Virus record (IMG/VR): IMGVR_UViG_2687453727_000003
DNA length: 59,556 bases
Direction: 5' to 3' (one strand)
DNA from: an uncultured virus (IMG/VR IMGVR_UViG_2687453727_000003)
Lineage: Duplodnaviria; Heunggongvirae; Uroviricota; Caudoviricetes
Positions 19,775-29,761 of the stretch are shown piece by piece. The translations under genes were made by a program, and so were the position numbers. The notes under the pieces were generated by a model that was given only the letters and a program-made list of their open reading frames with translations, was not told where the DNA came from and did no database searches. Positions within the stretch are counted from its first letter, which is position 1, and the number at the start of each line of letters is the position of its first letter.

Positions 19775-21088
19775 ATGGATACAGAACAGTTACAAATACT
19801 ACCGCAAAATATAAGAGCTGAACAAGAACTCTTATCAGGTATATTTTATAACCCTAAGATAATAGTACAAGCAGTAAATGAGTTGAAAACAAATGATTTT
19901 TATAGATCAAGCCATCAATTAATATTTAACGCAATGTGTGCATTATTTGCAGACGGGAAAGAAATAGGAATAACGCCCATTATAGAGGTTTTAGGAAAAG
20001 ACAGTCTAGTATACGTCGGAGGGGTTTCATACCTCACAGAACTAATGACAGGTGGGTTTAAATTAAATGTAAAACAATACGTGGACATTATAAAAGATAA
20101 GTCCTTCAGAAGAAAGGCGATAAAATCATTAAATTCAGCTATGAATGCATTGTATGACGATAAAATTAAACCAGATGTTTCAATTAGTAAAATGTCAAAT
20201 GAATTAAGCCAAACAGAAGACAAAAGCCAAATACTAAATGATACGCAGTTACTTAATGCCACAATATCAAAGATAGAAGAAAGATATGCTAATGGTGGAG
20301 ATATTCCAGGCATGAAAACAGGATTTCATGACTTTGATAGAGCAACAAATGGAATGAATAAAGGAGACTTATTTGTAATCGGTGCTCGTCCATCAATGGG
20401 GAAAACAGTTACTGCTTTAAACATAGCTGACGGACTAGCGAAAAACGGTAATAATGTGCTTGTATTTGAAATGGAAATGGTAGAAACAGCATTGGGAAAT
20501 AGGAGATTGGCTTTCAATTCAAATGTTGAAGCACAGAAATTAAAAACAGGAAAACTTAATGCAGAAGAGTTTGAAAGAATACTTATGGCAGCTAACAAAT
20601 TATCTAAGAGAAATGGAATATTTACAGATTGCAGCAGCTACCAAAACACATTAACTATAAAAGCTAAGACTAAAGCAGTAAAACAAACTCATGGTTTAGA
20701 TGTGGTAATTGTAGATCACTTAACGTTAATGGACATACCTAACACTGGAAATAGATCGTCAGATATTGGTGAAGTTACAAGACAATTAAAGATGATGGCT
20801 AAAGAATTAGAAGTAACAGTAATCGTATTATCACAATTATCTAGAAAAGTTGAAGAGAGGGCAGATAAGAGACCAACATTGGCGGATTTAAGAGAATCTG
20901 GGAATATTGAACAAGATGCAGACTTGATAATGTTCTTGTATCGTGATGAATATTACAACAAAGAAACAGAAGACAGAAATATTATTGAATGGATAATAGC
21001 GAAGCAAAGAGATGGAGCAGTTGGAACACTTAAATTCTATTACTTGGATAAGCTCCAAAAGATCGCAAATATAGATTGTTTAAGGTAA
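19775..21088 (+). CDS. dnaB: Replicative DNA helicase
   Basis: GARPSMGKT, VIVDHL, LSQLSR, DLRESGNIEQDAD, IAKQRDG. Confidence 0.95.
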   Translation: MDTEQLQILPQNIRAEQELLSGIFYNPKIIVQAVNELKTNDFYRSSHQLIFNAMCALFADGKEIGITPIIEVLGKDSLVYVGGVSYLTELMTGGFKLNVKQYVDIIKDKSFRRKAIKSLNSAMNALYDDKIKPDVSISKMSNELSQTEDKSQILNDTQLLNATISKIEERYANGGDIPGMKTGFHDFDRATNGMNKGDLFVIGARPSMGKTVTALNIADGLAKNGNNVLVFEMEMVETALGNRRLAFNSNVEAQKLKTGKLNAEEFERILMAANKLSKRNGIFTDCSSYQNTLTIKAKTKAVKQTHGLDVVIVDHLTLMDIPNTGNRSSDIGEVTRQLKMMAKELEVTVIVLSQLSRKVEERADKRPTLADLRESGNIEQDADLIMFLYRDEYYNKETEDRNIIEWIIAKQRDGAVGTLKFYYLDKLQKIANIDCLR

Positions 21089-21099
21089 AGGAGAAATAA

Positions 21100-21495
21100 A
21101 TGGTAGTAGTTGAAGGAACAATAAAAGGTAAAGGACGGCCTAGATTTTTTAATGGACATGCAACAACTCCTGGAGATACAGTGACTTATGAAAATTGGGT
21201 AAGAATTTGTTATCAGCAGCAGGATAGAAGGTATTTAGAAGGTTCTATAAAGGCAACAATTATAGCTTACTACAAAATACCTAAGAGTTATTCAAAGAAA
21301 AGGTTAGAAGCGATAAGGGCGGGGATAGAGCGTCCACAGAAGAAACCTGATATTGATAATGTAGCTAAGGTTATTTTGGATAGTTTAAATAAAATTGCCT
21401 ATAAGGACGATAGCCAGATCACAGAATTGATTGTTAAGAAAGTATTTACTGAAGAATTAGAAAGAGTCGAATTTGAATTGGAGGTAATAAGATAA
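21100..21495 (+). CDS. rusA: Holliday junction resolvase
   Basis: KGRPRF; KKPDIDNVAKVILDSLNKIAYKDDSQI. Confidence 0.92.
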   Translation: MVVVEGTIKGKGRPRFFNGHATTPGDTVTYENWVRICYQQQDRRYLEGSIKATIIAYYKIPKSYSKKRLEAIRAGIERPQKKPDIDNVAKVILDSLNKIAYKDDSQITELIVKKVFTEELERVEFELEVIR

Positions 21496-21920
21496 TGGGT
21501 AAAACAAGTGAATTAGTGGATTTAAGTAAGAGAGTATTAAGTATAGATATTGATAGTCCTGTATTTAATGCAATGTTAACTGATTTAAATGAGGAAATAC
21601 AAAGAGTTATAAAAAGTGTATATAATGGTGAATTTGCAAGTGGGGAAATATCTTTAAAATTGGATTTAAAAATAAGAGATGCTTATAAGGAAATACCTGC
21701 AACAGATGATTACGGGAATATAATAAATGATAAATATGAATATAAAAAACCTACTTTTGAACACAAGATAACATCAACTTTAAAGAAGCAATATAATTCA
21801 AAAGGTTGCTATGACGAGAATAAAGAAGTTGTATGGGATGATATAAATGGAAAATATGTAGTGCAACCACTAATAAATCCTCAAATGAATTTCATGGATA
21901 TAAATAAGAACAGAGGGTAA
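21495..21920 (+). CDS. Hypothetical phage protein
   Basis: ORF coupled to rusA; GGAGG RBS. Confidence 0.75.
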   Translation: MGKTSELVDLSKRVLSIDIDSPVFNAMLTDLNEEIQRVIKSVYNGEFASGEISLKLDLKIRDAYKEIPATDDYGNIINDKYEYKKPTFEHKITSTLKKQYNSKGCYDENKEVVWDDINGKYVVQPLINPQMNFMDINKNRG

Positions 21921-22027
21921 GTGAGTTCTTGCAGGACTAGGAGTGTTAGCAGCAGGGATTACAATTGCTAATGTTAAGGTTACTGCAAATTAAGAGGGGA
22001 TTATTCCCCTCAACATAATAAATTGAG

Positions 22028-22684
22028 GTGAGAATATTGGAAAAACCAATTTTATTTAATACAGATATGGTTAAGGCAATTCTTGAAGGAAGAAAAACAA
22101 CCACGAGAAGAATTATAAAGAATGTTGGGAATAGAGAACTACTAGAACATGAAGGCGAATATTACAAATTTGGATATAGATCTAATGCAGTTGCTGGAAC
22201 AATATACAGTGCTATTAATTGGTGCAAACCCAAGTTTGAAATTGGAGACATACTTTATGTTAGAGAAACATGGTTGGCGCATTCAAGAGGAGTTAATACA
22301 CTAGCTTTTAAATATAAGGCAGATAGTGAGGTTAATGATTGTATATCTTTTACAAAAGAGAGATTTAATAAATTCTATAAATTTGCAGATCAAGAAAAGT
22401 GGCAGCCGTCATTATTTATGCCGAAAGAAGCAGCAAGGATATTTCTAAAAATAAAAAAGATTTATCCTGAAAGATTAAAAATGATTGAAGCAGGTGAATG
22501 TAAAAAGGAAGGAATAAAGCTAGATTTTGAAATTACTGACTCATTTACTGCAAGTGAATATATATCAGCTTTTGAAGATTTATGGAATAGCACTCTAAAT
22601 AAATCTCAAGTCAAATATATGTGGCATGAAAATCCTTGGGTATGGGTAATTGAATTTGAAAGGGTGGGGAAATATGAAATTTAA
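22028..22684 (+). CDS. ASCH-like phage protein
   Basis: PILFNTDMVKAILEGRKTTTRR, GDILYVRETW, NPWVWVIEF. Confidence 0.8.
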   Translation: MRILEKPILFNTDMVKAILEGRKTTTRRIIKNVGNRELLEHEGEYYKFGYRSNAVAGTIYSAINWCKPKFEIGDILYVRETWLAHSRGVNTLAFKYKADSEVNDCISFTKERFNKFYKFADQEKWQPSLFMPKEAARIFLKIKKIYPERLKMIEAGECKKEGIKLDFEITDSFTASEYISAFEDLWNSTLNKSQVKYMWHENPWVWVIEFERVGKYEI

Positions 22685-22925
22685 AATCGAATTAGAAGAA
22701 AAAGTAGTTTACAGACATACTTTAACAGTTGAAGCTGACTCAGATGTTGAAGTAGAGTATGCGTTAGATGTTTTGGAAAGAGACGGTATGCATCCAGATG
22801 ATATTGAGGGATATTTAAGCGATAACAATGTGAAAATACTTGAATTTGATAAGGACGAAAGTGGAGAAGTTGAGTTTGAAGGTACAGATCTAGAAGAAAT
22901 TAATAAAAATGAGGAAAAGGAATAA
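22674..22925 (+). CDS. Acidic hypothetical protein
   Basis: ORF, start refined to MKFKI. Confidence 0.7.
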   Translation: MKFKIELEEKVVYRHTLTVEADSDVEVEYALDVLERDGMHPDDIEGYLSDNNVKILEFDKDESGEVEFEGTDLEEINKNEEKE

Positions 22926-23100
22926 GGTTATGAAAAAGTTATTTGTAGAATGCAATGATGGGAGTAAAACAACTTATACTATAAAAAACAACGTGGACCA
23001 TATGCAATATGTAAATAGACATATAAATTACAGTTATGTGAAGTCTATTATATTGCAACAATATCCTAAGAAAGATAATGAACCAATAATATATAAGTAA
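22909..23100 (+). CDS. Hypothetical protein
   Basis: Short ORF within the operon. Confidence 0.55.
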   Translation: MRKRNKVMKKLFVECNDGSKTTYTIKNNVDHMQYVNRHINYSYVKSIILQQYPKKDNEPIIYK

Positions 23101-23125
23101 TGTTCAATCTGTAGAAAATGAGTAC

Positions 23126-23741
23126 AAAAAATGCCCCAATAAAGGGGCGTATATGTATGTGATAATTAATATATGTGGGGTATTTATATTATACGTTAAT
23201 ATATCTTAAATAATACGTAATTAAAATATCATATTCCCACATTAAATGGATTGAAAATGGAGTACTGATCTGATTATGAAGACATCCTTAGCTTATGAGT
23301 ATTTTATGAAATTATTCATGATAAGAATAATAAAAGCTCCTTAAATTTAAGGAGCTCAAAAGTGAATGGACAAAAGTATAAAGATCTACAAAAAGAGAGT
23401 AACTATAAGATAAAAAATAATAATCAAGAGGTTTCCTTTCATTATATGAAGGATAAGTACAAATAATTCTAACAACTATAATTATTTATATAAAAAGACT
23501 CCAATTAAGGAGTCAAAAATGGATTTCTATAAATAGTAATATTAATGGATTCTATAAACAATAACATAACTAATGTCAATTATATTATGTACAATTTTAA
23601 AATAAGTATTCAAATAATTTAATTCACAATGCTAAAATTAAACGCAAAATATGCCCTAATTAAAGGGCACATAATGGATTCTATAAATAATAATATAATC
23701 AACAACTAATTATATTATGTACAATTTTAAAACAAGTATTC
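23126..23741 (-). ncRNA. Array of 4-5 antisense promoter-short transcript-terminator cassettes
   Basis: GAATA-N17-CATAATA at 23611-23583 and 23741-23713, GTATT-N18-TATAATA at 23216-23187, GAATT-N16-CATATAAT at 23469-23441; each has a GC hairpin plus T-run 60-110 nt downstream. Confidence 0.6.
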
Positions 23742-23789
23742 AGATGATTTTATTAAGATTACAAAAAACTAAAGAAAGGATTTGATAAT

Positions 23790-24797
23790 ATGAGCAACCT
23801 AAATGAAGAAGCCAGTATAAGATTGTTAGGAAAATTAACTTTGTTATTACCAGTTTTAGAACAAAATTTGAGTTTGCAATTAGAGGTTAAAAAGACAATT
23901 GATGAAACTTTATATGATTATGAAGTTTCATCGAAATGTACTGATCTAGTGGCAAGCGATATAGAAGAAAAATCAGCTATATATTTAGCTTGTAAAAAGT
24001 TAGAAGGTTTAAGCCAAAAGACATTAGATAATTATAGATTATTTCTAAATAAATTAGAGCGATTTTTTACAAAACCATGTTCTACTATATCTACTATGGA
24101 TTTGAGAATGTTCTTGGCCTTTATGGGAAAAGAAAAACAAGCTACCACAGTTAACGGATATATAACAATGCTTAAAGGCTTTTTCGGATGGTTGCAAGCA
24201 GAAGAATATATAATTAAAAATCCTGCATTTAAATTGAAACAAACTAAAGTACCACGTGTGATATTACAACCTTATCAACCAGAAAATTTGGAGAGGTTAA
24301 GAGAAGCGTGTATAACTGAAAGAGAAAAAGCTCTATTTGAACTTTTAGACAGTACTGCGTGCAGAATATCGGAACTAGATAATATCAAATTAAAAGATAT
24401 AAATTGGCAGGAGAGAAGTATAAAAGTATTTGGAAAAGGAAGTAAGGAGAGAATAGTTTTCTTTTCTACAAGAGCTAAGTTACACATGCAGGGCTATTTA
24501 AAATCAAGAGAAGGAGAATCAGAATACTTATTTATATCAGAGAGAGGTTCACATAATCATATAAAAGTAAGAGCATTACAATTAATAATAGCAAAGATAA
24601 AGGATAGAGCTGGAGTAGGTGAAAGGGTACATTGCCATAAATTTAGACGTACCCAAGCAACTAGGTTATTAAATTCAGGAATGAGAATTGAAGGTGTGCA
24701 GGGCATTCTTGGACATACTACCCCAAGTACAACTCAAATATATGCGCAACTATCTCAAGAAAACCTTAAAAATGAATATAGAAGATTGGTTGTGTAA
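23790..24797 (+). CDS. Tyrosine recombinase (XerC/D-like)
   Basis: STACRISE, GKGSKER, HKFRRT, LGH...TTQIY. Confidence 0.93.
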   Translation: MSNLNEEASIRLLGKLTLLLPVLEQNLSLQLEVKKTIDETLYDYEVSSKCTDLVASDIEEKSAIYLACKKLEGLSQKTLDNYRLFLNKLERFFTKPCSTISTMDLRMFLAFMGKEKQATTVNGYITMLKGFFGWLQAEEYIIKNPAFKLKQTKVPRVILQPYQPENLERLREACITEREKALFELLDSTACRISELDNIKLKDINWQERSIKVFGKGSKERIVFFSTRAKLHMQGYLKSREGESEYLFISERGSHNHIKVRALQLIIAKIKDRAGVGERVHCHKFRRTQATRLLNSGMRIEGVQGILGHTTPSTTQIYAQLSQENLKNEYRRLVV

Positions 24798-24877
24798 CTA
24801 ATAATATGGTAAATAACACTATAATTATAAAGCTTCATTATCATATGAAAATCAAGTGAAAAAGAAGGTGAGATAAT

Positions 24878-25585
24878 TTGAAAAAAATAATTGTGTTAGA
24901 AGGGCAAATTGATTTATTTAATATGCCAATTCAAGAACCTATTATCAAGCCTAAAGAAAAAGTTATAGTTGATAAACAAGAGACGAAGGAAGATCACTTC
25001 CAGAAGATAATAAACCTTTATAAAGAGAGCTGTAATAGAATCATAAAAACTGTTTCAGGAGCATTACTTGTTGAATTAGAAGATAAGACAAAGTATTTTA
25101 ATGGACAAGGGGTGCATGAATTTGATTTAGGTGCAAATGTTGGTCTAATGCCAGCTGATGAAATACTATTCGTCAATAAAGATAAAGAACTCAATGATCT
25201 GCAGCTTAAAAAATTAAATGATATGAAGGTAACACAATACATTAAACGTAAAGGTGATTCTAACGTCATAATACCGGGGGAAAAAACGGTTGTTATAAAT
25301 TATAAAGGATGGGTCATTGAATATGAACAAAAGCCTAAATATCACGAAAATGAGCTTTTCGTTACAGAAATGGTTAAAGAAATTACGGATTTGGATAATA
25401 AAGTTACAAAAATGGATACAAACATCACAGAATTTGAAATTGATGATCTTGTTGAAATTGAATACAAAGGAATCAAAGCAACTGGTAAGGTAGTAAGAGT
25501 TTATAACAATGGTGAAACAATAAATGTAGTTTGGGAAGGTAAAAGAACAGCATTTTATTATAAATGTGTAAAGAAAATAGCATAG
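24878..25585 (+). CDS. Hypothetical phage protein with C-terminal SH3/KOW-like barrel
   Basis: ORF ending GKVVRVYNNGETINVVW. Confidence 0.7.
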   Translation: MKKIIVLEGQIDLFNMPIQEPIIKPKEKVIVDKQETKEDHFQKIINLYKESCNRIIKTVSGALLVELEDKTKYFNGQGVHEFDLGANVGLMPADEILFVNKDKELNDLQLKKLNDMKVTQYIKRKGDSNVIIPGEKTVVINYKGWVIEYEQKPKYHENELFVTEMVKEITDLDNKVTKMDTNITEFEIDDLVEIEYKGIKATGKVVRVYNNGETINVVWEGKRTAFYYKCVKKIA

Positions 25586-25596
25586 GAGGGCTGCTA

Positions 25597-26265
25597 ATGA
25601 GATATAAGTTTACAGAAAAAGAAATAAAAGAATTATTGGATAAAATGGTTGTATTAGTAGATACAAGAGAGCAAGCAAATCAGCATGTAATTCAATGGTT
25701 AAATAAGAGGAAAAAGCCTTTTAAGACACAAAAACTTGACTATGGAGATTATTCATGCATGTTACCAATAGGAAGCTTTAAGGGACAAACAAGGGATATT
25801 TATTTCACTGATGAAATAGTGATTGAAAGAAAGTTTTGTATTGATGAGTTGGCAATGAATTTAAAGGATAATAAGACTAATATCAATGAAATTAAAGAAG
25901 AAATAATCGAGTTGCTTGGAGAAAAGTATCTGGAAAAGGTTCTTAAGACTGATTATAACAGGCTAAAATACGAATTTGCCACCCTGAATAAATACAATAT
26001 AAAGTTCTTCATTTTTTTAGAGGATAAAAATTTTGATATAAATATAAGAGATTCATCTAGTTATAGATCACAATATGAGCCAGATAGATTATACAAAAGG
26101 CTTAAAGGCCTACAAAGTGAGTTTAATACTCAAATAAGGCCAATAGATAAGGAATTTATAGGATGCGAAATATATAATACTCTGAGATATGAAGTGAGAA
26201 ATATATTAGTTCATAGGGGATATATAGAGGAGACAGATTTGTTTTTAGAAGAATCAGCTTTATAA
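25597..26265 (+). CDS. ERCC4-domain nuclease
   Basis: VDTREQ...LDYGDY...IERK. Confidence 0.85.
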   Translation: MRYKFTEKEIKELLDKMVVLVDTREQANQHVIQWLNKRKKPFKTQKLDYGDYSCMLPIGSFKGQTRDIYFTDEIVIERKFCIDELAMNLKDNKTNINEIKEEIIELLGEKYLEKVLKTDYNRLKYEFATLNKYNIKFFIFLEDKNFDINIRDSSSYRSQYEPDRLYKRLKGLQSEFNTQIRPIDKEFIGCEIYNTLRYEVRNILVHRGYIEETDLFLEESAL

Positions 26266-26313
26266 AAAAGATGATTACATTGGGGAAACATAGTTTGAAA
26301 GCTAGGTGAGTAA

Positions 26314-26727
26314 ATGAATAATACTATATATAAAATACGAAGATATAAAGAATTTTTAGCGGATATACAAGAAATAGATATAAGAGTTCAGGAGCTAGAA
26401 GAAGAAATCCTAGGGATAAGTGGACAAGGGACTGAAGAAAGAACGGGAAAAACTTATAAGATTACTTCAAGTGTAGAACAGCAAGCCGAAAAATTGATGG
26501 AGAGAAAAGAAGAACTATATAGGGAGCAGGCAGCCAAAAGAAGACAGCTACAGCGAATAGATAATGCAATGAGTGTATTAACTGATGAAGAAAGAGAAGT
26601 AATTCAAGTTATTCATATAGAGCATAAGAGATATTGGAGACTTGAAGAAAAGTTAAATCTCTCATATCGAAGAGTAAAACAAATCGAAAATGAAGCCATA
26701 CAAAAGATGAAAAAATACATTAGGTAG
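26314..26727 (+). CDS. ArpU/RinA-like late transcription regulator (sigma region 4-type HTH)
   Basis: IDNAMSVLTDEEREVI...LNLSYRRVKQIENEAIQKM; at the end of the early region. Confidence 0.85.
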   Translation: MNNTIYKIRRYKEFLADIQEIDIRVQELEEEILGISGQGTEERTGKTYKITSSVEQQAEKLMERKEELYREQAAKRRQLQRIDNAMSVLTDEEREVIQVIHIEHKRYWRLEEKLNLSYRRVKQIENEAIQKMKKYIR

Positions 26728-26730
26728 AAA

Positions 26731-26862
26731 AATTTCATGATAATTTCATGATAATTGCAGAAAGATTGCAAGAAAACTGTAAAATAAGGTGTATAATTAA
26801 TATTGTCAAGAATTTCATTAAAGCCCTTTTAGAAGGCATTCATTAAGTTGGGTGCCTTTTTT
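26731..26862 (+). promoter_or_regulatory. Putative late promoter: four 11-bp phased repeats, -10 box and proximal terminator
   Basis: AATTTCATGAT x2, AATTGCAGAAA, GATTGCAAGAA (26731-26774); TATAAT at 26792-26797; hairpin AAGGCATTCA...TGGGTGCCTT plus T-run at 26833-26862. Confidence 0.55.
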
Positions 26863-26910
26863 GCGTGGTAAATAATGTAATCTTAGATTCAACGAAAGGA
26901 GATTTAGAAC

Positions 26911-27093
26911 ATGGCTAAAAGAAAGAAAGTTAAATTGAATGTGAGATTTAAAGAAGGAAAAATAATATGCGCTAAGTCTCCGGATGAATGCAAAGATTGC
27001 GAAAAAGAATGTGAGAAGATGGACTTTTATTATTATCCATTCAATAATAGAGACCTAATGGAATGCTTTAAAAATAATGAAAAAAGAAGATGA
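26911..27093 (+). CDS. Cys-rich small protein
   Basis: AAAGGAG RBS; CKDCEKEC. Confidence 0.7.
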   Translation: MAKRKKVKLNVRFKEGKIICAKSPDECKDCEKECEKMDFYYYPFNNRDLMECFKNNEKRR

Positions 27094-27743
27094 AAGTTTG
27101 CAGGAATGAATTAAAAGATTTATTAGATATTAATCTTAATGCTCTAAAGCAAATTGAAAGGCGCAATACATTAGAAAAAAGGCTATTAGAAAAAGGCTAT
27201 ATATTGCTGAATAAATCCATTGAGAATAAAAAGACAATATACGAGTTGGGAATAAGCAAAGATAAGCAGATAATTAATAAACTCTATAATATTAGCAAAA
27301 CTGATTGCTTTATTAATTATTTCAATATAAGAACAGCCGAAGAGCCCGACACAATAGACTATATAGCGAGCAAAGTAAAGATAAATAAAAACACTGTTAT
27401 TAAGTGGGATAATACGCTCCAGGATAAAAAGATAATTTCAAAGGATGGTTATTATTACTTTAAATTGGATAAAGCGCTAGGAGAACTGGCTCAAGTAACG
27501 ATTGAAGAATATAAATCATTTTGGAAGAATAAAGCGTATGTTAATGCATTTAAGAAACTACAAGATAAATATACACGGAGTGAAATAACTCTTGCTGAAT
27601 TGCAATTAGCCAAAGGAGAATTGGACGTAATAATAAGAACTATAGAAAATAAATATTATTACAAGGTTAAGAAATATAAAGTCAACAAAGATAACAAACT
27701 TTATATTGACACGATGAATTTAATCAGGGGGTACGATGAGTAG
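27090..27743 (+). CDS. Hypothetical basic protein, possible HTH
   Basis: TIDYIASKVKINKNTVIKW; followed by a large palindrome. Confidence 0.65.
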   Translation: MKVCRNELKDLLDINLNALKQIERRNTLEKRLLEKGYILLNKSIENKKTIYELGISKDKQIINKLYNISKTDCFINYFNIRTAEEPDTIDYIASKVKINKNTVIKWDNTLQDKKIISKDGYYYFKLDKALGELAQVTIEEYKSFWKNKAYVNAFKKLQDKYTRSEITLAELQLAKGELDVIIRTIENKYYYKVKKYKVNKDNKLYIDTMNLIRGYDE

Positions 27744-27783
27744 TACATATATATTAATATATATCTCCTAGTGACCGTACCCC
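27728..27783. repeat. Nested inverted repeat / palindrome
   Basis: GGGGTACG...CGTACCCC arms around the perfect 18-bp palindrome ATATATATTAATATATAT (27747-27764). Confidence 0.8.
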
Positions 27784-27979
27784 TTTAATGAGTGAATAAT
27801 AATATCTGTTTCAATGTACTTATTAGGCGCATAGAAAGGTTTTGTTTGAATGTGAAAGAGTACTCAAGAATTTGAATAAAACCTGACAGTGAAGACGATA
27901 GATATATAAAACGGGTAATGTTATGTAAGGTTTATATATAATTTGATGTAAAGATGTAAAAAGGGGTGATTATGATAAT

Positions 27980-28414
27980 ATGGCTACTAAAGAATTAAAT
28001 GATAAGCAGCTAAGAGCAATTGAATTATTGGTTGAAGGTGAGAGTGTTAATGATGTTGCAACAGCTATTGGAGTAAGTAGACAAACAGTATCGACATGGA
28101 AGAATAAAGATGAGTTGTTTAAGGCCGAGCTTGACAAATGCAGACAGGGTTTAAAATCTGAGGTTGATGGTAGGTTATTAACGCAAGTTGTTCCACTAAC
28201 AGATAAACTTATTAAGATTGCTCTTAAGAGCAGCAGTGACAAGACCTCACTAGATGCTATAATATACGCAATCAATAGACTTTGTGGTACTCCTACTAAC
28301 AAGATACAGGACGTAAGCAATGATAAAGATACTAACATCGAGATTGATATAGATCAGTTAGTTAATGAGATTAAAAGTGATAACAATGTGATAGATATTT
28401 CCCAAGCTAAATAA
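27980..28414 (+). CDS. Terminase small subunit (HTH type)
   Basis: LNDKQLRAIELL...VATAIGVSRQTVSTWK; upstream of terL. Confidence 0.75.
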   Translation: MATKELNDKQLRAIELLVEGESVNDVATAIGVSRQTVSTWKNKDELFKAELDKCRQGLKSEVDGRLLTQVVPLTDKLIKIALKSSSDKTSLDAIIYAINRLCGTPTNKIQDVSNDKDTNIEIDIDQLVNEIKSDNNVIDISQAK

Positions 28415-28875
28415 TTCCTAAAGGCTGAAATATTCAAAGTTATTTCGCAAAGTTATCATTTAGCGAAATAATTAAAGGATAACGAAATATTTAAGAATGA
28501 GTGTATAACTAGTATTGAGGTTAATTTGAATAAAATTACACTTTGAAATTAGAGAAATGAATAAAAATATATGAATAAAAGATGTATATTTATTATTTTA
28601 TACATGAGTTTGTGTATAAATATTACAAAATTATTTCCCGTATATTTAGTTGGGCTATAACTATGTTTTACCATATAAATGGCCGAATTCAGGGAATGGG
28701 GTACCTTCTAATTTGGAGAGTGCTCAAAGTGGCGTCATCCAGTTCCACAAATTTTGTAATATTTTTTAAAAAGCCGAAAATTTAATTAGGGGGCTTTAGT
28801 TGTTTTGATTATTTAATCAATTTAATATCAGATCGAAAAAGATAAAGACACTAGTAAATGCTAGTGTCTATTATA

Positions 28876-29634
28876 TTAACCTGCTAACCATTTAATAATG
28901 GCGGTCGCAATGGGGCCTGTAATCCACGAATTTTTTTGTAGGACTTCACTGAATCTAGCAAAAACGCCTTTTTGAACAGGAATATTATTTTCTGTAATGG
29001 CTTTCAACATAGATACTAACTCTTTTAACTGTTCATTTTCCTGTTGATCTATAACTTTATTATTTATTACTTCAATTAAGTCATCTAAATTATTAGAATT
29101 ATTTATAGTTGCATTGGTTTGATTTCCAATTATTGAATCATTGGCATTTTCGATATTATAAATTACAGCTCCAGAAGTAGAAGTAATTGAATTATTGTTT
29201 ATCAATTTAGTTAATTGTAGATTGATATATTTTATTAATTTACCAAAAATATCTTTGGTGCCAATATGTGTTAATTGGTTTATATCATCAGTTGACGGGT
29301 GTAGAAACCATAGGGCGTAATTGTACATATTACTTGCTGAAAGCATATCAATATTAAGTAGATCAATTGCAACTTTAACAAATTCTTCACGTTTTTTTGG
29401 TTTTGCAAATTCTTCGGAGTTGCATAATGGACTTGACACATTATTAAAATATTCAATTCCGTTAAAGTTTATATCCAGAATTGGTTTAATAATTGATTTT
29501 ACAATATCATTGGATTCACAGAAGTACTTAAAACTTAGTAAGTTTGCATCAAATGAATTGATGGAAGCGTTTAAAAGGTCATTGGATAATGAGTAAAATT
29601 CTTCTTGGGTATTTATTAATTCCTGATACTTCAT
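28876..29634 (-). CDS. Hypothetical moron protein (~252 aa)
   Basis: AAGGAGGT RBS before MKYQEL; opposite strand to the late genes; terminator-like hairpin at 28843-28870. Confidence 0.75.
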   Translation of the reverse strand: MKYQELINTQEEFYSLSNDLLNASINSFDANLLSFKYFCESNDIVKSIIKPILDINFNGIEYFNNVSSPLCNSEEFAKPKKREEFVKVAIDLLNIDMLSASNMYNYALWFLHPSTDDINQLTHIGTKDIFGKLIKYINLQLTKLINNNSITSTSGAVIYNIENANDSIIGNQTNATINNSNNLDDLIEVINNKVIDQQENEQLKELVSMLKAITENNIPVQKGVFARFSEVLQKNSWITGPIATAIIKWLAG

Positions 29635-29761
29635 ATAATTACCTCCTTCTATAATTATATAAGTTCTATTTAGTATATAAATTACCTTTAATTTAGTAAA
29701 AAATATGAATGGAAATCTTATTAGTATATAATTAATTATATTAAAGGAGGAGAAATTAATC

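Noticed and set aside
21920..22015. Hydrophobic frame VLAGLGVLAAGITIANVKVTAN as a type I toxin
   Set aside because: Preceded by an in-frame stop with no convincing start; probably a gene remnant.
23100..23760. Possible CRISPR array or solitary CRISPR repeats (also 55650-57530)
   Set aside because: No constant-length repeats with unique spacers, no recognisable cas repeat ends and no cas genes.
25360..25435. 21-bp periodic GTTACA-like repeats resembling iterons
   Set aside because: Explained by protein heptad repeats inside the CDS.
28582..28785. 67-aa ORF, and a possible cos/pac site in the GC-richer patch ~28680-28750
   Set aside because: The ORF lacks an RBS; the packaging site cannot be located without termini data.
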